The notes under the pieces: generated by a model
The model's input: the letters and a program-made list of their open reading frames with translations, nothing else
Told to the model about the DNA's origin: nothing
Databases searched by the model: none
Shown: positions 34,275 through 45,833 of the stretch, one piece after another
Position numbering within the stretch: the first letter of the stretch is position 1
Layout of the letters: every line of letters starts with the position of its first letter
From: Chiloscyllium plagiosum
Taxonomy: Eukaryota
Direction of reading: 5' to 3'
Assembly: GCF_004010195.1 (NCBI RefSeq)
Contig: NC_057719.1
Location: forward strand, 90,927,550-90,973,382
DNA length: 45,833 nt
Program-made: the position numbers and the translations under genes

Positions 34275-35275
34275 TGGTTGCAGCCATTTCTGGTTCAAAG
34301 CCAGATGACTGCGGTTGTTGGAGGTCAATCATCTCAGGGGCCGGACATCACTCCAGGTGCTCCTCAGGGTAGTATCCTATGCCCAACCATCTTCAGCAGC
34401 TTCAATGGCTTTCTCTCTATCACAAGGTCAGATATGAGAAAATTCATTGAAGATTGCACAAAGGTTCAACACCATTTGCAGTGACTCAGAAGCAGTTCAT
34501 GTCCAAATGTAACAAAATCTGCACTGCATTCAGATTTGGGCTAGTAAGTGTTAAGTGACATTCATTCTACCCAAGTGCTGGGTAATGATCATCTCCAGAG
34601 AAAATCTAACAAACTCCCCATGATGCTCAGTGATATTATGATTGCTGAGTTCCCCGACTGCATCCTGGATTTACCGCTAACCAAGAACAAAACTGGATTA
34701 GCCATATAAATATTGCAACTACAAGATCAGGCCAGAGGCTAGGAATCCTGCAATGAATAACTCACCAGTCTCCCCAGAACCTGTGCATCATCTACAAGGC
34801 ACTAATTATAAGTATGATGGAATATTCCCTACTTACCCAAAGTGTACATCTCCATCAACAGAAGAAAGTCAACCTCATTCATAAACAAAGCAGCCCACAT
34901 GACTGGCATCAAATCCACAAAAATTTGTTCGCTCCATCACCAATGCTCAGTAGCAGCAGTGTGTACATCTACAAGATGCACTGCAGAAATTCACCAAAGC
35001 TCCAGAGACATCATTGTCTAAACTCTCAATCACCATCATTAAGAAGGATAAGGGCAGCAGACACATGAAACATCATCTCATGGAAGTTCTCCACAAAGCC
35101 ATACACCATCCTAACTTGGAAACATATCCTCATTTTTTTATCACTAGGTCATACAACCTGAAACCCCTGTATCTGCACTACATAGAGTGTAGCAGCTCAG
35201 CAACACCTTCTCAATGGTAATTAGGGATGGTCTATAAATACTCGTCAAGCTAGCAGCATCTGAATTCTATGATAG
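34275..35275 (+). mobile_element. Second-family LINE, RT to 3' end
   Basis: VVGGQSS...GAPQGSILCPTIFSSFN (RT PQG motif); tail ttagggatggtctataaatact. Confidence 0.75.
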
Positions 35276-36323
35276 AAATTTTAAAAATCTAGACCTGTAG
35301 AAGCATGAGAATTGAATTTATTGAACAATTCGATATTTTCAAGAGACCAGAAAGAACAGATACTGAAAAGTTGTTTTACCTGGCTGGCATATGGATTCTG
35401 GAGTCCACAATTTCCAAATGGCTGTTCAATTAGGACCAAGACAAGGAGAGACCTCTTCACTCAAAGGATTGTCAATCTTTGGAACGATCTACCTCAGAGC
35501 ATTATTAAATATATTTAAGGCTGAGAAAGACAGATCTTTAGTCTCTCAGAGAATTACCAGTCATGAGGAACAGTCAGGAAAGTAGAGTGGACCATCATGA
35601 ATGGTGGAGCAGGTTTTTAAAAGGGGCAGATGGTCTTCTCTGCCTTCTATTTCTTCTGCTATTAAAAAAATTCCTTTAAAGAAACACCCAAGTGAGTCTG
35701 GCTGAAGAGACTTCAAGAAGTAACAACGTATTTCTATCCCTAATCAAAAGTTGGACCTCTTTCAATCAAACTTCAAATAAAAACAGCACATAATTTCACT
35801 GAATGCATTCCTGAATGAATCTCAGGTTTCCACCTCCTTTCCAGAGACATTCCAAACTGTTGTTACCTTGACGTTCTCCCAACAAATAGCTTTACCTCAG
35901 CACAGCACAACATCCCATCCTTGTAACCTTGAATATGTCAAAATAATGCTCTAATTACGATCTTAATATTTTTCATACTTCTTTAAAGTCACCTACTGTC
36001 GAAGCTGAAGAGCTCAATTTGTCACCTTCTTTCTTTATCCTATCTTAATATGACTTAATCCTGCCTGACCAGGAAGCAACTTTGCGTATTTCCTATATTA
36101 CAAAACTGACTACATTTCTAAAATACTCCATTTGCTGTCAAAAGCTTGTCTTTAAAGGCACCGCAGAAACCCAAGTTGTTAACCTTTTATTTGAAGTGGC
36201 CCGAGATTTGAATATAACAGTATACTGTTACACCATCAATCAGAAATAATAAAAGAGAAATTGGTGGGGTGCTGGGGGCAGCTGAAACAAAATTCTGTAT
36301 TGCTAGCATCTCCTGACACTCAC

Positions 36324-36490
36324 CTGTATATTTGCAATAAGAGGGTAAATGCACTACGGTAATAATCAAGGAATGGTGCTACATGATCCACCATACTAAG
36401 AAACTCAACCACCCAAGGCACAGTGAAAACGATGCGTTGATTTTCAATCGACTTTCTCAGTAATCTGTGTACATCCAGAACAGGTGGACT
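36324..36490 (-). CDS. CDAN1: Codanin-1 internal exon (~exon 14), [55 protein letters not shown](R)
   Basis: Acceptor tttacctgcttag, donor CAG|gtgagt; 167 nt, phase 0 to 2; PPVLDV and TVPWxVEFLS motifs. Confidence 0.95.
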
Positions 36491-36904
36491 CTAAGCAGGT
36501 AAAGACAAGAAGGTAGATCAGCAAATGTTGCGACTGATGTTGAACACACTTACTTTGTCACAAGATGTGATAGGACAATGCTACTGAGGTTTCATCTAGA
36601 AGCTTTTCTGAAGACGATAGATGGATCTAGGGGCCCAGAGGAGCCATCCCTTCATAACTTACTCAAGTACTTCCTGATTAGATAACTACTCAGCTGTTAT
36701 GATAGTCAACCTGCATTTTTATAGATAAGCATTCAAAGGTAGTTCACAGAGGCATAATCAGCTCAGTCTGGATTAAGATATTAACAGAGTTACCACAGAA
36801 CAAAAATAAAGGGTAAAAAACAAAAATAATTCCCCCATCATTCAAAGCAAATGTTTCTATTTGTATTCAAAAGGAACGGTTCGATTAAAAACCCCATGGG
36901 GTTT

Positions 36905-37410
36905 AAATCCCCCCACCCACTCCATCAAGGACATGCAGGTAATGGGCCACCTCCATCGACAAGCCCTTACCACCTGATGCCTGGAGGAAGAACGCCCCAT
37001 CTTCTGCCTTGAGACCCTGCACCACACGGGATCAATGTGGATTTCACCAGTTTCCTCATTTCCCCTCCCCCCACCTTAAGCCTGCCCCAAACCTCCAACA
37101 AATCACCACCCCCTTGACCGGTCCTACCTGTCCATCTTCCTTCCCACCCATCCGCTCCACCGTCCCCTCCAACCTATCACTTCCACCTGCACCTTCATCT
37201 ACCCATCATATTCCTAGCTACCTTCCCTCCAGCCCCACCCCTGTTCCATTTATCTCTCAGCCTCTCTGGCCCACAAGTCTCATTCCTGATGAAGGGCTTA
37301 TGCCTGAAAGGTCGATTCTCCTGCTCCTCGGATGCTGCCCTGACTTGCTGTGCTTTTCCAGCACCACATTCTTGACTCTGATCTCCAGCATCTGCAGTCC
37401 TCACTTTTGC
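36905..37410 (+). mobile_element. Penelope-like element 3' end with terminal repeat and mutated hammerhead (37282-37318)
   Basis: ctggaggaagaacgccccatcttctgccttgagaccctgc (LEEER.IF.L.TL); cattcCTGATGAaGGGCttatGCCTGAAAggtcgattc; tail ccagcatctgcagtcctcactttt. Confidence 0.88.
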
Positions 37411-37509
37411 TGAATATTTCTATTGCCCTAGTTCTATACACATAATCAAGTACATCTACCTGATACTGCCAGAGTCCCCATTTTTATTTCAGATGGTCAG
37501 CATTTAATC

Positions 37510-39260
37510 ACAGTTAGCACAAAAGACAACTATTTAGCTGTCAATATTGTGGCTCCCACAGATTAATCCAATCAGTTCAACACCCCCTACTCATCCCCCT
37601 GCAAGTTTATTTCTAAGTGCAGGTTCAATTTCCCTTGGACTTCATTCTTTCCATTCTCATGGACAGTGTGTTCCAGGTTGCGTGTTGAAAATCTCTTCCT
37701 CAGATTCTGCCTGCATATTTTGCCCAAAAGCTTAAATCATTGTCCCCTGCTCCTCGTATCATTAGTTGAAGTGTCTACCTATTCTAAAACTGTCATAATC
37801 TTGCACACATCTTTCAAATCTCCTTTCAAACTCCTTTACTCCAAGGAGAACAACCCAAGTCCTTTTAACTAAACTTTGTAACTAAATGCCCCCGCTCCTT
37901 GAACTGTTTTGGTAAATCTCCTCCCCATTCTATCCAGGACCTTCACATTCTTCTTAAGCACAGTAGCTAGAAATGGATATAGTTGTGACCTAAGCAGAAC
38001 TTTATAAAGTAGAGTTTCCCTGCTTTTGTACCCAAGCCAAAGATCCCATTTACATTGCTAACCACTCTCTGACTACATTGTGGCACCTTTAAATAATAAT
38101 CATGCATTTGGCCCCAGTTTCTCTGTTCCTGAGCATTCTGCCAAAATAATCACACTACAGTTCGCTACATTAAATTCCATTTGCCATGTCTCCCCATTCT
38201 TCCTTTCAACATCCCATTGGAGGCAGTTTGCATCATTTTTACTGCTCACCATTCCAAATTTGGTAAGATCAGCACATTTTGAAGTTTTACTCTGTAGTGT
38301 AAGAAACAATGCAGCGGTCTCAGAACTGACCCTGGGCAAACTATACTGTCTATTACCCTCTACGATCTGTGGTGACCTTAAGCCAATTTTATTTTATCAT
38401 ACTGGACTCTGACAAACGCTCCCCTCATTCCATAAGCTTCAATTTTACTGATCAGTTTTCTATATAGTGCCATGCCAAATGATTACATGACTATACCATG
38501 AAGATTGGTTAGCTCATTTGACTGAACAGCTAGTTTGTGATGCACAGTGATGCCAATTGCAACTGGCACCATGAAGGTGCCACGTTCTCAACCTTGCTAG
38601 AGGCATGGTGACCCTCAGCTTAAGCCAATCACCAATTATCTGTAATAAGAGAGCAGCTCTATGGTCTTCTGGGACTATGTAGCCTGTAAAGTTGCCATCA
38701 ACTGCATTCCCTCCATCAACATTCTTGGTTATTTCATCAAAAAATGTAACTACTTAAGTACAATCTGCCTTTTAGAAATGTGAACTGGCCCTCCTTAATT
38801 AACGCCAAGTGCTTGTTGCTTTTTCCGAAATTATGGATTCCAAAATCTTACCACTACACACGTTAGACGAACTGGCATATAGTTCCTAGGAGCAGATCAT
38901 GAACCACATATTTACCATTCTTTACTCCTCTGGAAGCACCACCTATATCACCCCTGTCAAGGGAAAGCTGCAAGACTACAATAAAGCCTTTGGTCATCTC
39001 CACTCCCATTTCTCTTAGCAATCTGGCTGGCAGACCAGTGGGATCAGGTGACTTATCCACTCTAAAGACCAGCTGATTATATAGTACTTTCAATTTTGAC
39101 ACTGTATATTTCTACCACTATCTCTGCTTCTAATGATAATGTCAGATCCTTCCTCCTTAGTAAATACTGATATCAAATATTCTAGCTTTGTCCTGCATCT
39201 CTAAGCATACAACAATCTATTTTCCTCTAACAGGACCCACTACCTCTCATTACTAGCTTT
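37510..39260 (-). mobile_element. Old decayed CR1 LINE
   Basis: KCADLTKFG...LQWDV...WQMEFNVANC (38100-38339); RVDKSPDPTGLPARLLREMG (38863-39102). Confidence 0.75.
38506..38685 (+). mobile_element. Decayed tRNA-derived SINE nested in LINE
   Basis: Head ggttagctcatttgactgaacagctagtttgtgatgc; body ggtgaccctcag...gagagcagctctatggtcttctgggactatg interrupts the LINE. Confidence 0.55.
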
Positions 39261-39269
39261 ATATGCATT

Positions 39270-40295
39270 ACATAGAACATAACAGCACAGTACAGCCACT
39301 TGTTGTGCCAATTTGAAGCCCCTCTTAGATTAGATTAGACTACTTACAGTGTGCAAACAGGCCCTTCGACCCAACAAGTCCACACTGAGCTGCCAAAGCG
39401 CAACCCACCCAGACCCATTCGCCTACATTTACCCCTTCACCTAACACTACGGGTAATTTAGCACAGCCAATTCACCTAACCCGCACATTTTTGGACTGTG
39501 GGAGGAAACCGGAGCACCCGAAGGAAACCCACGCAGACACAGGGAGAATGTGCAAACTCCACACAGTCACCTGAGGCGGGAATTGAACCTGGGTCTCTGG
39601 CGCTGTGAGGCAACAGTGCTAACCACTGTGCCACCGTGCCGCCCACTTACCTATACATTTCCATTTTCATCCATATGACTATCCAATGACCATTTAAATG
39701 CCCTTAAAGTTCGCGAATCTACTATTATTGCAGGCAGTGTGCTCCACGCTCCTCCCACTCTAGGAGTAGAGAAAGTATCTCTGACATCTGTCCTATATCT
39801 ATCACCTCTCAATTTAAAGCTATGTCCCCTCACGCTAGCCATCACCATCCAAGGAAAAAGGCTCTCACTGTCCAACCTGTCTAACCTTCTGACTATCTTT
39901 CACGTCTCAATTGAGTCACCTCTCAACCTTCTCAAGTCCCTCAGCCTTTCCTTGTAAGACGTTCCCTCCATACCAGGCAACATCCTAGTAAATCTCCTCT
40001 GAACCCTTCCCAAAGCTTCCATATCCTTCTTACAATGCGGTGACCAGAACTGTACACAATACTCCAAGTGCAGCCGCACCAGAGTTTTGTACAGCTGCAA
40101 CATGATCTCGTGGCTCTGAAATTCAATCCCTCTATTAATAAAAACCAACACGGGTATGCCTTCTTAACAACCTGGGTGACAACTTTCAGGGATCTATGTA
40201 TATGGACACTAAGATCTCTCTGCTCATCTACACCACCAAGAATTTTACCATTAGGCCAGTACTCAGCATTCCTGTTGCTCCCTCTGAAGTGAAGC
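39270..40295 (-). mobile_element. CR1/HER1 LINE 3' fragment with an HE1 SINE inserted in its 3' UTR
   Basis: LYKTLVRLHLEYCVQFWSPHCKKDMEALGRVQRRFTRMLPG; reverse tail catagaacataacagcacag. Confidence 0.9.
39325..39644 (-). mobile_element. HE1-type SINE, full length
   Basis: ggcggcacggtggcacagtggttagcactgttgcctcacag ... gtaagtagtctaatctaatctaa. Confidence 0.93.
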
Positions 40296-41168
40296 AATGG
40301 TTGATGATTTTCAGTTACATTTTATGTTAACTGCCATTCTCACATTCTGTCTTTATCAGTCTTACTTTCCCCTTCACCTCTCCTCTCAACCCCTTGTATT
40401 GACCTGGTTCTCATGTGAAGAATTCACCTGATATCCATCATAACCCCTGTCTTTCGTCATTGAAAGAGCCTGCTTTTACCTTTGTTAGAATATTCCTAGT
40501 CTGTAACTAAAGCACTTTTATCTGTCTGGTCCTTTGTGTTAATTTTATAAACTTAAACCATGCTCATCGAATTTGCGAAAAACATTTTCCCCCTTCCAAT
40601 CTCCACCTTACTTAAAGATCTTCACCTATTCTCCCTTTACCGTTTTCCCTGCCAGGCTGTGGCTCTACTTTGCCCTGATCTTTATCTTGCTTATCACACT
40701 AAAATGAACCTCTTCCAATTTAGAAGCTATGAGACTGTTCCTTGCTCTTTTCCAACACTAATCTAAACTAATCAATTTGTACCCCTACAGACATTTGGTC
40801 GACCTCATTCCCCAGCAATTTTCTAGTTATGGGCAGAAAACATACTGGTGAAAGCAGCTCTGCTGAACGGATTGAGAAATTCTTCCCCTTCCTTATCTTT
40901 CATTCCAACATTACCTATTTGGGTAATTTGTTTTTCTCTCTCAATTATTATTTATGCAACCTCAGAATGTGTTTAGTTTTTACGAAAAAAAAGGAGAATC
41001 TGAAGTTTGCAAAGGAGATGGAAAGGGGAAAAGGTGTTTCAAGAATTCGATGTTAATGGTTAAGTTTTATAAAATTAGCTCAATGTGACCAGACAAGTTA
41101 CAATCAACACAACGCACGCCTTCAGATGGATATCTATAGGAAATATGAAAATTATGGCATGTATGCAC

Positions 41169-41312
41169 CTTGTTCCTCAGGGAGAGAGCTGCCTCTTGCA
41201 TGTCTTTTGCTGGTCGCTCATCTGTACGATAAGGGAAGAAGGCAAGGAATCCAAGAAACTTAGCCAGGAGTCTTGTTGTCATCAAGACTGAAGCAAAATG
41301 TTCCTTTTCATC
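41169..41312 (-). CDS. CDAN1: Codanin-1 internal exon (~exon 13), DEKEHFASVLMTTRLLAKFLGFLAFFPYRTDERPAKDMQEAALSLRNK
   Basis: Acceptor ttctgttaatcttag, donor AAG|gtgcat; 144 nt, phase 0/0; RLLAKFLGF motif typical of codanin-1. Confidence 0.95.
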
Positions 41313-41719
41313 CTAAGATTAACAGAATAAAAAGAGAAGAAACTGTTTCAAGGAAAGTTGCTGATATATCATTGAGAACAAGATACCAAAGCAAACACTC
41401 TGCCTCAAGAAACAAAATATTTAACATCTTCATGACACTGTACCCTTTCGACTGCCTTGCTCCTATCAGAAAAATTAATTGCCCATGCTTGGTAAGGAGA
41501 GAGGATGAACAAAGTCACAGAGTCTCAACTTAAGGCTTTCATGAGCACCTCATTATACCTATTTATAATAATTTTGATTTCCCTATCATTTCATAAGTGG
41601 TATATGTGTTACTTTCTCCATTTTATTCCTTTATGACTATTTTACTGCTGTGGTTGTGTTTTCCAATTTTGCTGGATTCATGATCAGTTCCCGAAGATTT
41701 AAGCTTAACAAATATAACA

Positions 41720-43400
41720 CTTTTTCCACGAAGGAATGAGAGAAAATAAGGAACTACAGGGCGGTTGGTTTGACATCAACTGTTAGAAAACTACTCAAAT
41801 CTGAAATTTTAACAATTAAATAATTGTATGATCTGTCAACATGGTTTTAGGAAAGGAAATTAGTGTCTGACAAATTTATGTTGAGAATGTAAAAATTTAG
41901 CTAGATAAAAAGGCAGCCAGTATATGTAGGAAGTTTTCCAAAAGATATTCAATAATGTTTCACACAAAAGGTTAACAAGCATAAAAAGTGCATGTGGAGT
42001 AGGGGTGGGGTTTAATATATTAGCACAACTGAAGGACTGGTTGATGGGCCAGAAGCACTCAGTGCCTAAAATATTGCTGAGACCTCAGCTACTTAGAATA
42101 TACATGAATTACTTAGGGGTAGAGATCGAGAGTATTGTTTCAAAATTTATAGATGATTCAAACTAGGGAGCAGTGCAAGCTGAGTGGATATTAGGAGGCT
42201 GCAAAGAGATACAAACAGCATAAGTAACACAGTAAAGATGAAGTACAAAGTGGGGAACCGTAGCTCATTCTCTTCTAAAAGAGAAAAACCGGATGCCTTT
42301 TAAAAAAGGTGTGAAACTTTTAAATGCATACATAAAAGGAACACAAAGTTAGCATGCACCCACAGCAATTAATTAGGAAGACAAATGGCTTATTCTTTCA
42401 AGGAAGAATCAGTTGGTCTCAACTCCTTGCTCTCCTAGTTAGTTTTTAAAAGTTACTATTGAATCTGTATACATCAGAACAATCGGATAATGTATTCCAA
42501 ACTCAAACCACTCATTTTTCATCTTGCCTAGAGTCGTGTTGACAATCACCTTAAATGAATGAGCTCTGGTTATCGCTCTTTCAGACACTGGAAATAGTTT
42601 AGCATTATCTACTTTATTTAAACTTTATTAAAAGAATTAAGAATTTTTAATCAAATTACCTTCCGGTCTTTTCTTCAATAATCCTAGCTTCTCTCATCTA
42701 TCCACATAACTGTTATCCCTCAAATCTGGAACTATTCAGACAAATTTCTTCTCTCAAAAGCCTTTGCGGCCTTCACAAAATTGGACATAATCAAAATGCC
42801 AACCGGGGCCACATCAGTATGATTCAGCATACCTTCCATGCTTTTTCACACACTGCCTCAGTAATAAAGCCATCTATTTATAATTCCATATATTTTATTA
42901 ATTGTTTTGCTAACCTGCCCTGTCAGCTTCAGATACTTACGCACAAACACTTCCGAGGTCTCTATCTCTCTTCTGCCTCCACTAACCCCCGTAAAACATT
43001 TCAAAATTATCCCATTTAGCTTATATTGTCTCTATTCACTCTTCCTACCACTACTGATCCAAGTTGAATTCCATCTTGTTTACGTCCACCCATCCTACCA
43101 CTTCATATCCCGCTAGAATATATTTCTGATCATTTTCCATAATACCCTAAGACATAAGAGTGCAAGTAGGCCATTCAACTCAAGTCTGATACACCTTTCA
43201 ATGGAATCAAGGCTGATCTGATCTTTCCCACTTCACCTTCTTGTCTTTGCCTAGAACCCTGATTCTCTTACTGATTAAAAATCTCTGACTGGAATATATT
43301 CAATGACCCGGCCTTAACAGCCCTCTGAGGTCAAGAATTCATTACCCTCAGAAAGAAATATCATCAATCTCTGTCTTAAATCAGCAACTCCCATATTTTC
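41720..43400. mobile_element. Cluster of old CR1-like fragments (plus ~41720-42420; minus ~42460-43400)
   Basis: caacatggttttaggaaaggaaattagtgtctgacaaattta (QHGFRKG..CLTNL), aaatttatagatgattcaaacta (KFxDD); reverse tail taagacataagagtgcaagtaggccattc. Confidence 0.65.
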
Positions 43401-43527
43401 ATTACAAGTGAGGACAGTTTTACAGCTTAATGGAGAAAGTGAAGGAGGATGTACAGTCAGGGATGCTACAGCCAGTGCTTGGGTATTTCCAAAATATTAT
43501 TAATATGTAATATTATTAAAATAATAT

Positions 43528-43835
43528 TCCCAGAGTGGGGGTCTCAATTACTCAGGGTCACAGGTTCAAAGTGAGAGGGGAAAAGTTTAGGGGAGATATG
43601 CATGGAAAGTTCTTTACGCAGAGGGTGTTGGGTGCCTGGAACACATTGCCAGCAGAGGTGGAGACGGCGGACACGATAGCATCATTTAAGATGTGTTTAG
43701 ATAGATACATGGGTTGGGAGAAGAGGGATATAGACGCTTTAGAAAATAGGCGACAGGTTTAGATTGAGGATCCGGATCGGCGCAGGCAAGGATGGCCGAA
43801 GAGCCTGTTCCTGTGCTGTAATCCTCTTTGTTCTA
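43528..43835 (+). mobile_element. CR1/HER1 LINE 3' tail
   Basis: GHRFKVRGEKFRGDMHGKFFTQRVLGAWNTLP; tail gcctgttcctgtgctgtaatcctctttgttct. Confidence 0.88.
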
Positions 43836-44277
43836 TTTACATTTGTAATACAACCATCATATTGAAACCACAGAAATAAAACAAAGCACCTTCAACCAAT
43901 TTTCAGTGACCAAGCTAAGATCAATTTTGTCTTTACTATGCCATTTTCCACAGTAAAAGTCTCCTGCAATAATCACATATTTTGCATTACTACTTTAGCC
44001 AGATAAATACTCATCCATAAGCACACAGAACTAAGCTTTGACAGTGTAAATCGCTCATCATGATACAAAGTATGCAGCAGCTTAGCAGAATAAATATCTC
44101 ACTGCCAGGCTCATTCCTCCTAGTTTAGAAGAGAATTGATGTATTTACCACTTTAAAAGCAATTTATGAATTATGTACCATGGTTTGAATGCACAAGTAC
44201 AGCAGAGCAATCCTTATCAAGAAGATTGATTGGTGGATCACTCACTTCAAAACTGACACTTTGTATCAATGCTTTAC

Positions 44278-44392
44278 CTGTTCATCCACATCCCCTTCAC
44301 ATTCTGAGCACCCATGGCTCAGAATCGCAATGCTGTCCAATTCCAAAATTTGCTGGCAAAGTGTATCTGACAAGTGCTGATTTAACTGATGG
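44278..44392 (-). CDS. CDAN1: Codanin-1 internal exon (~human exon 12), (S)HQLNQHLSDTLCQQILELDSIAILSHGCSECEGDVDEQ
   Basis: Acceptor ttttctctcatag, donor CAG|gtaaag; 115 nt, phase 2 to 0. Peptide resembles human codanin-1 FQFNQHLMDSLSLKIQEL (recalled). Not in the ORF track in this frame. Confidence 0.9.
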
Positions 44393-44744
44393 CTATGAGA
44401 GAAAAGAATGAAATCAGTCCTTTCAATTCATCAAGTGCCAGTAAGGACAATTCCACATAAGTAACATATATATGCATATACTGAAAAGTTGCAGAAAGAG
44501 ACAGTTTACATTTACTTACTGAAAGTACACTGCTTCACAAGAGAATGGATGTTACTTTACGCCAGACTGCGTTATCAAAACCATTAAAATATATCAACAG
44601 TGGCGACAGGCCAAATGTGAACACTAGAAAGGGATCGTGACATCCAGCAGTATATTTAGAAGAGAGCCTTGAATTTAGGAGAAATAGAAAGAAATCCTTG
44701 AGTTCCTGCAGGAAGGTAACTGGTTGTGTTGCCCATTTGAGATA

Positions 44745-45080
44745 TAGACAGGGTGGATAGCAAGAAGCTTTTTCCCCCAGAGTGGCCATCTCAATTACTT
44801 GGGGTCACTGGTTCAAAGTGAAAGGGGAAAAGTTTAGGAGATATGCATGGAAAAATGCTTTACGCACAGGGTGGTGGACGCCTGGAACACATTGCTGGCA
44901 GAGGTGGTAGAGGCGGGTACAATAGCATCATTTAAGATGTATCTAAACAGATACATGAATGGGTAGGGAGTAGAGGAATACAGACTCTTAGAAAATAGGT
45001 GACAGGTTTAGACAGAGGATCTGGATCGATCCAGGTTTGGAGGGCCGATGGGCCTGTTCCTGTGCTGTAATCTTTGTTCT
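44745..45080 (+). mobile_element. CR1/HER1 LINE 3' tail, same subfamily as 43528-43835
   Basis: Collinear similarity with 43528-43835; tail gggcctgttcctgtgctgtaatctttgttct. Confidence 0.88.
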
Positions 45081-45753
45081 ACCTCCTATGGCCTGCATAC
45101 GGCTTCTTGTTGGCCAATAAAGTGCCCTTTACCAAAGTCCCCATCATCAGAGGTCCCACATTAGACAGAATTAGGGTTCTTCTATCATAGATCACTGTGC
45201 CTGAATCTGCTCTTTGAACTTACTAACTACACTGACATCATTTTTCTTTCTTTATACCCCTACATTTCTTATTGAACTTTTCAAGCACATATTCTTCCCT
45301 GAAAACTCTGTCTATTTTTAACAACATTTTAGGAGATGTATCAGATCATATATACCTCAAAAAATTTCAGTTTTTACACGCATAGAATTGCAGAAACAAA
45401 TAGTATCCCTAAGCCACAAAAGTTATTTGTCACCATTTGAATCTTTACATGTTTGAAAGCACTATATAATTAATCCCACCTTGAACATTGCCCAAAAATC
45501 ATGCAACTTTTACCCCCCCATGTCGATATCCAATTCCTCTGTAAGTTCCTATTGAATTTATTTCCACCAGCCTATGTATTCTCAATCATTATAATTCACC
45601 ATGAATTAAAAGTTTTCATGTCCCCTCTGGCATGTTAAAAACTATGCAGAATTAGATCATGGTGCTCCCAGCTGTGTATGATAATAGACAATAGGTGCTG
45701 AAAATGTGTTGCTGGAAAAGCGCAGCAGGTCAGGCAGCATCCAGGGAACAGGA

Positions 45754-45791
45754 GAATCGACGTTTCGGGTATAAGCCCTTCTTCAGGAATC
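45754..45791 (-). ncRNA. Minimal type I hammerhead motif on the CDAN1 sense strand
   Basis: GAUUC-CUGAAGA-A-GGGC-UUAU-ACCC-GAAA-CGUC^-GAUUC: intact core, one U-U in stem I, 3-bp stem II. Confidence 0.6.
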
Positions 45792-45824
45792 CTGAAGAAG
45801 GGCTTATGCCCGAAACGTCGATTC
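45787..45824 (+). ncRNA. Minimal type I hammerhead ribozyme motif
   Basis: GAAUC-CUGAAGA-A-GGGC-UUAU-GCCC-GAAA-CGUC^-GAUUC: perfect 5-bp stem I, 4-bp stem II, ACGU stem III. Confidence 0.78.
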
Positions 45825-45833
45825 TCCTGTTCC

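Larger units (their letters stand above)
45695..45833. mobile_element. Young palindromic PLE-derived element, cut by the window end
   Basis: Arms meet at cttcagGAATCctgaag; 1 mismatch in the visible 42-bp arm pair. Confidence 0.9.

Noticed and set aside
43490..43528. AT-rich quasi-palindrome aatattattaatatgtaatattattaaaataatatt
   Set aside because: Low-complexity filler at a LINE 5' junction with no further structure.
44535..44745. Possible upstream CDAN1 exon (minus-strand PAGTQGFL resembles human PGCQGFF)
   Set aside because: Similarity does not extend, no suitable phase-2 donor follows, and a LINE tail lies immediately upstream; the real exon is probably beyond the window.

Overview
Eukaryotic, repeat-rich genomic DNA from a cartilaginous fish. 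HE1-type SINEs and HER1/CR1-type LINEs point to a shark, probably a carpet or bamboo shark (inference). The window lies inside one minus-strand gene, CDAN1 (codanin-1). I traced 12 consecutive internal coding exons from 44392 down to 3597. They splice in phase into 1330 nt (1 nt plus 443 codons, no stop) and match roughly human exons 12-23 (numbering from memory); the 5' and 3' ends of the gene lie outside the window. One intron uses a non-canonical GC donor. The introns hold decayed CR1/HER1 and L2 LINE pieces, tRNA-derived SINEs, Penelope-like element (PLE) fragments, a 23-bp minisatellite and a recent 166-bp direct duplication that brackets two exons. The most striking non-coding signal is a set of short, mostly palindromic, TSD-flanked PLE-derived elements carrying minimal type I hammerhead ribozyme motifs (CUGANGA...GAAA), which keep stem pairing while their loops vary. 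Most ORFs in the supplied track are repeat-derived or spurious. Repeat boundaries are by eye and approximate.
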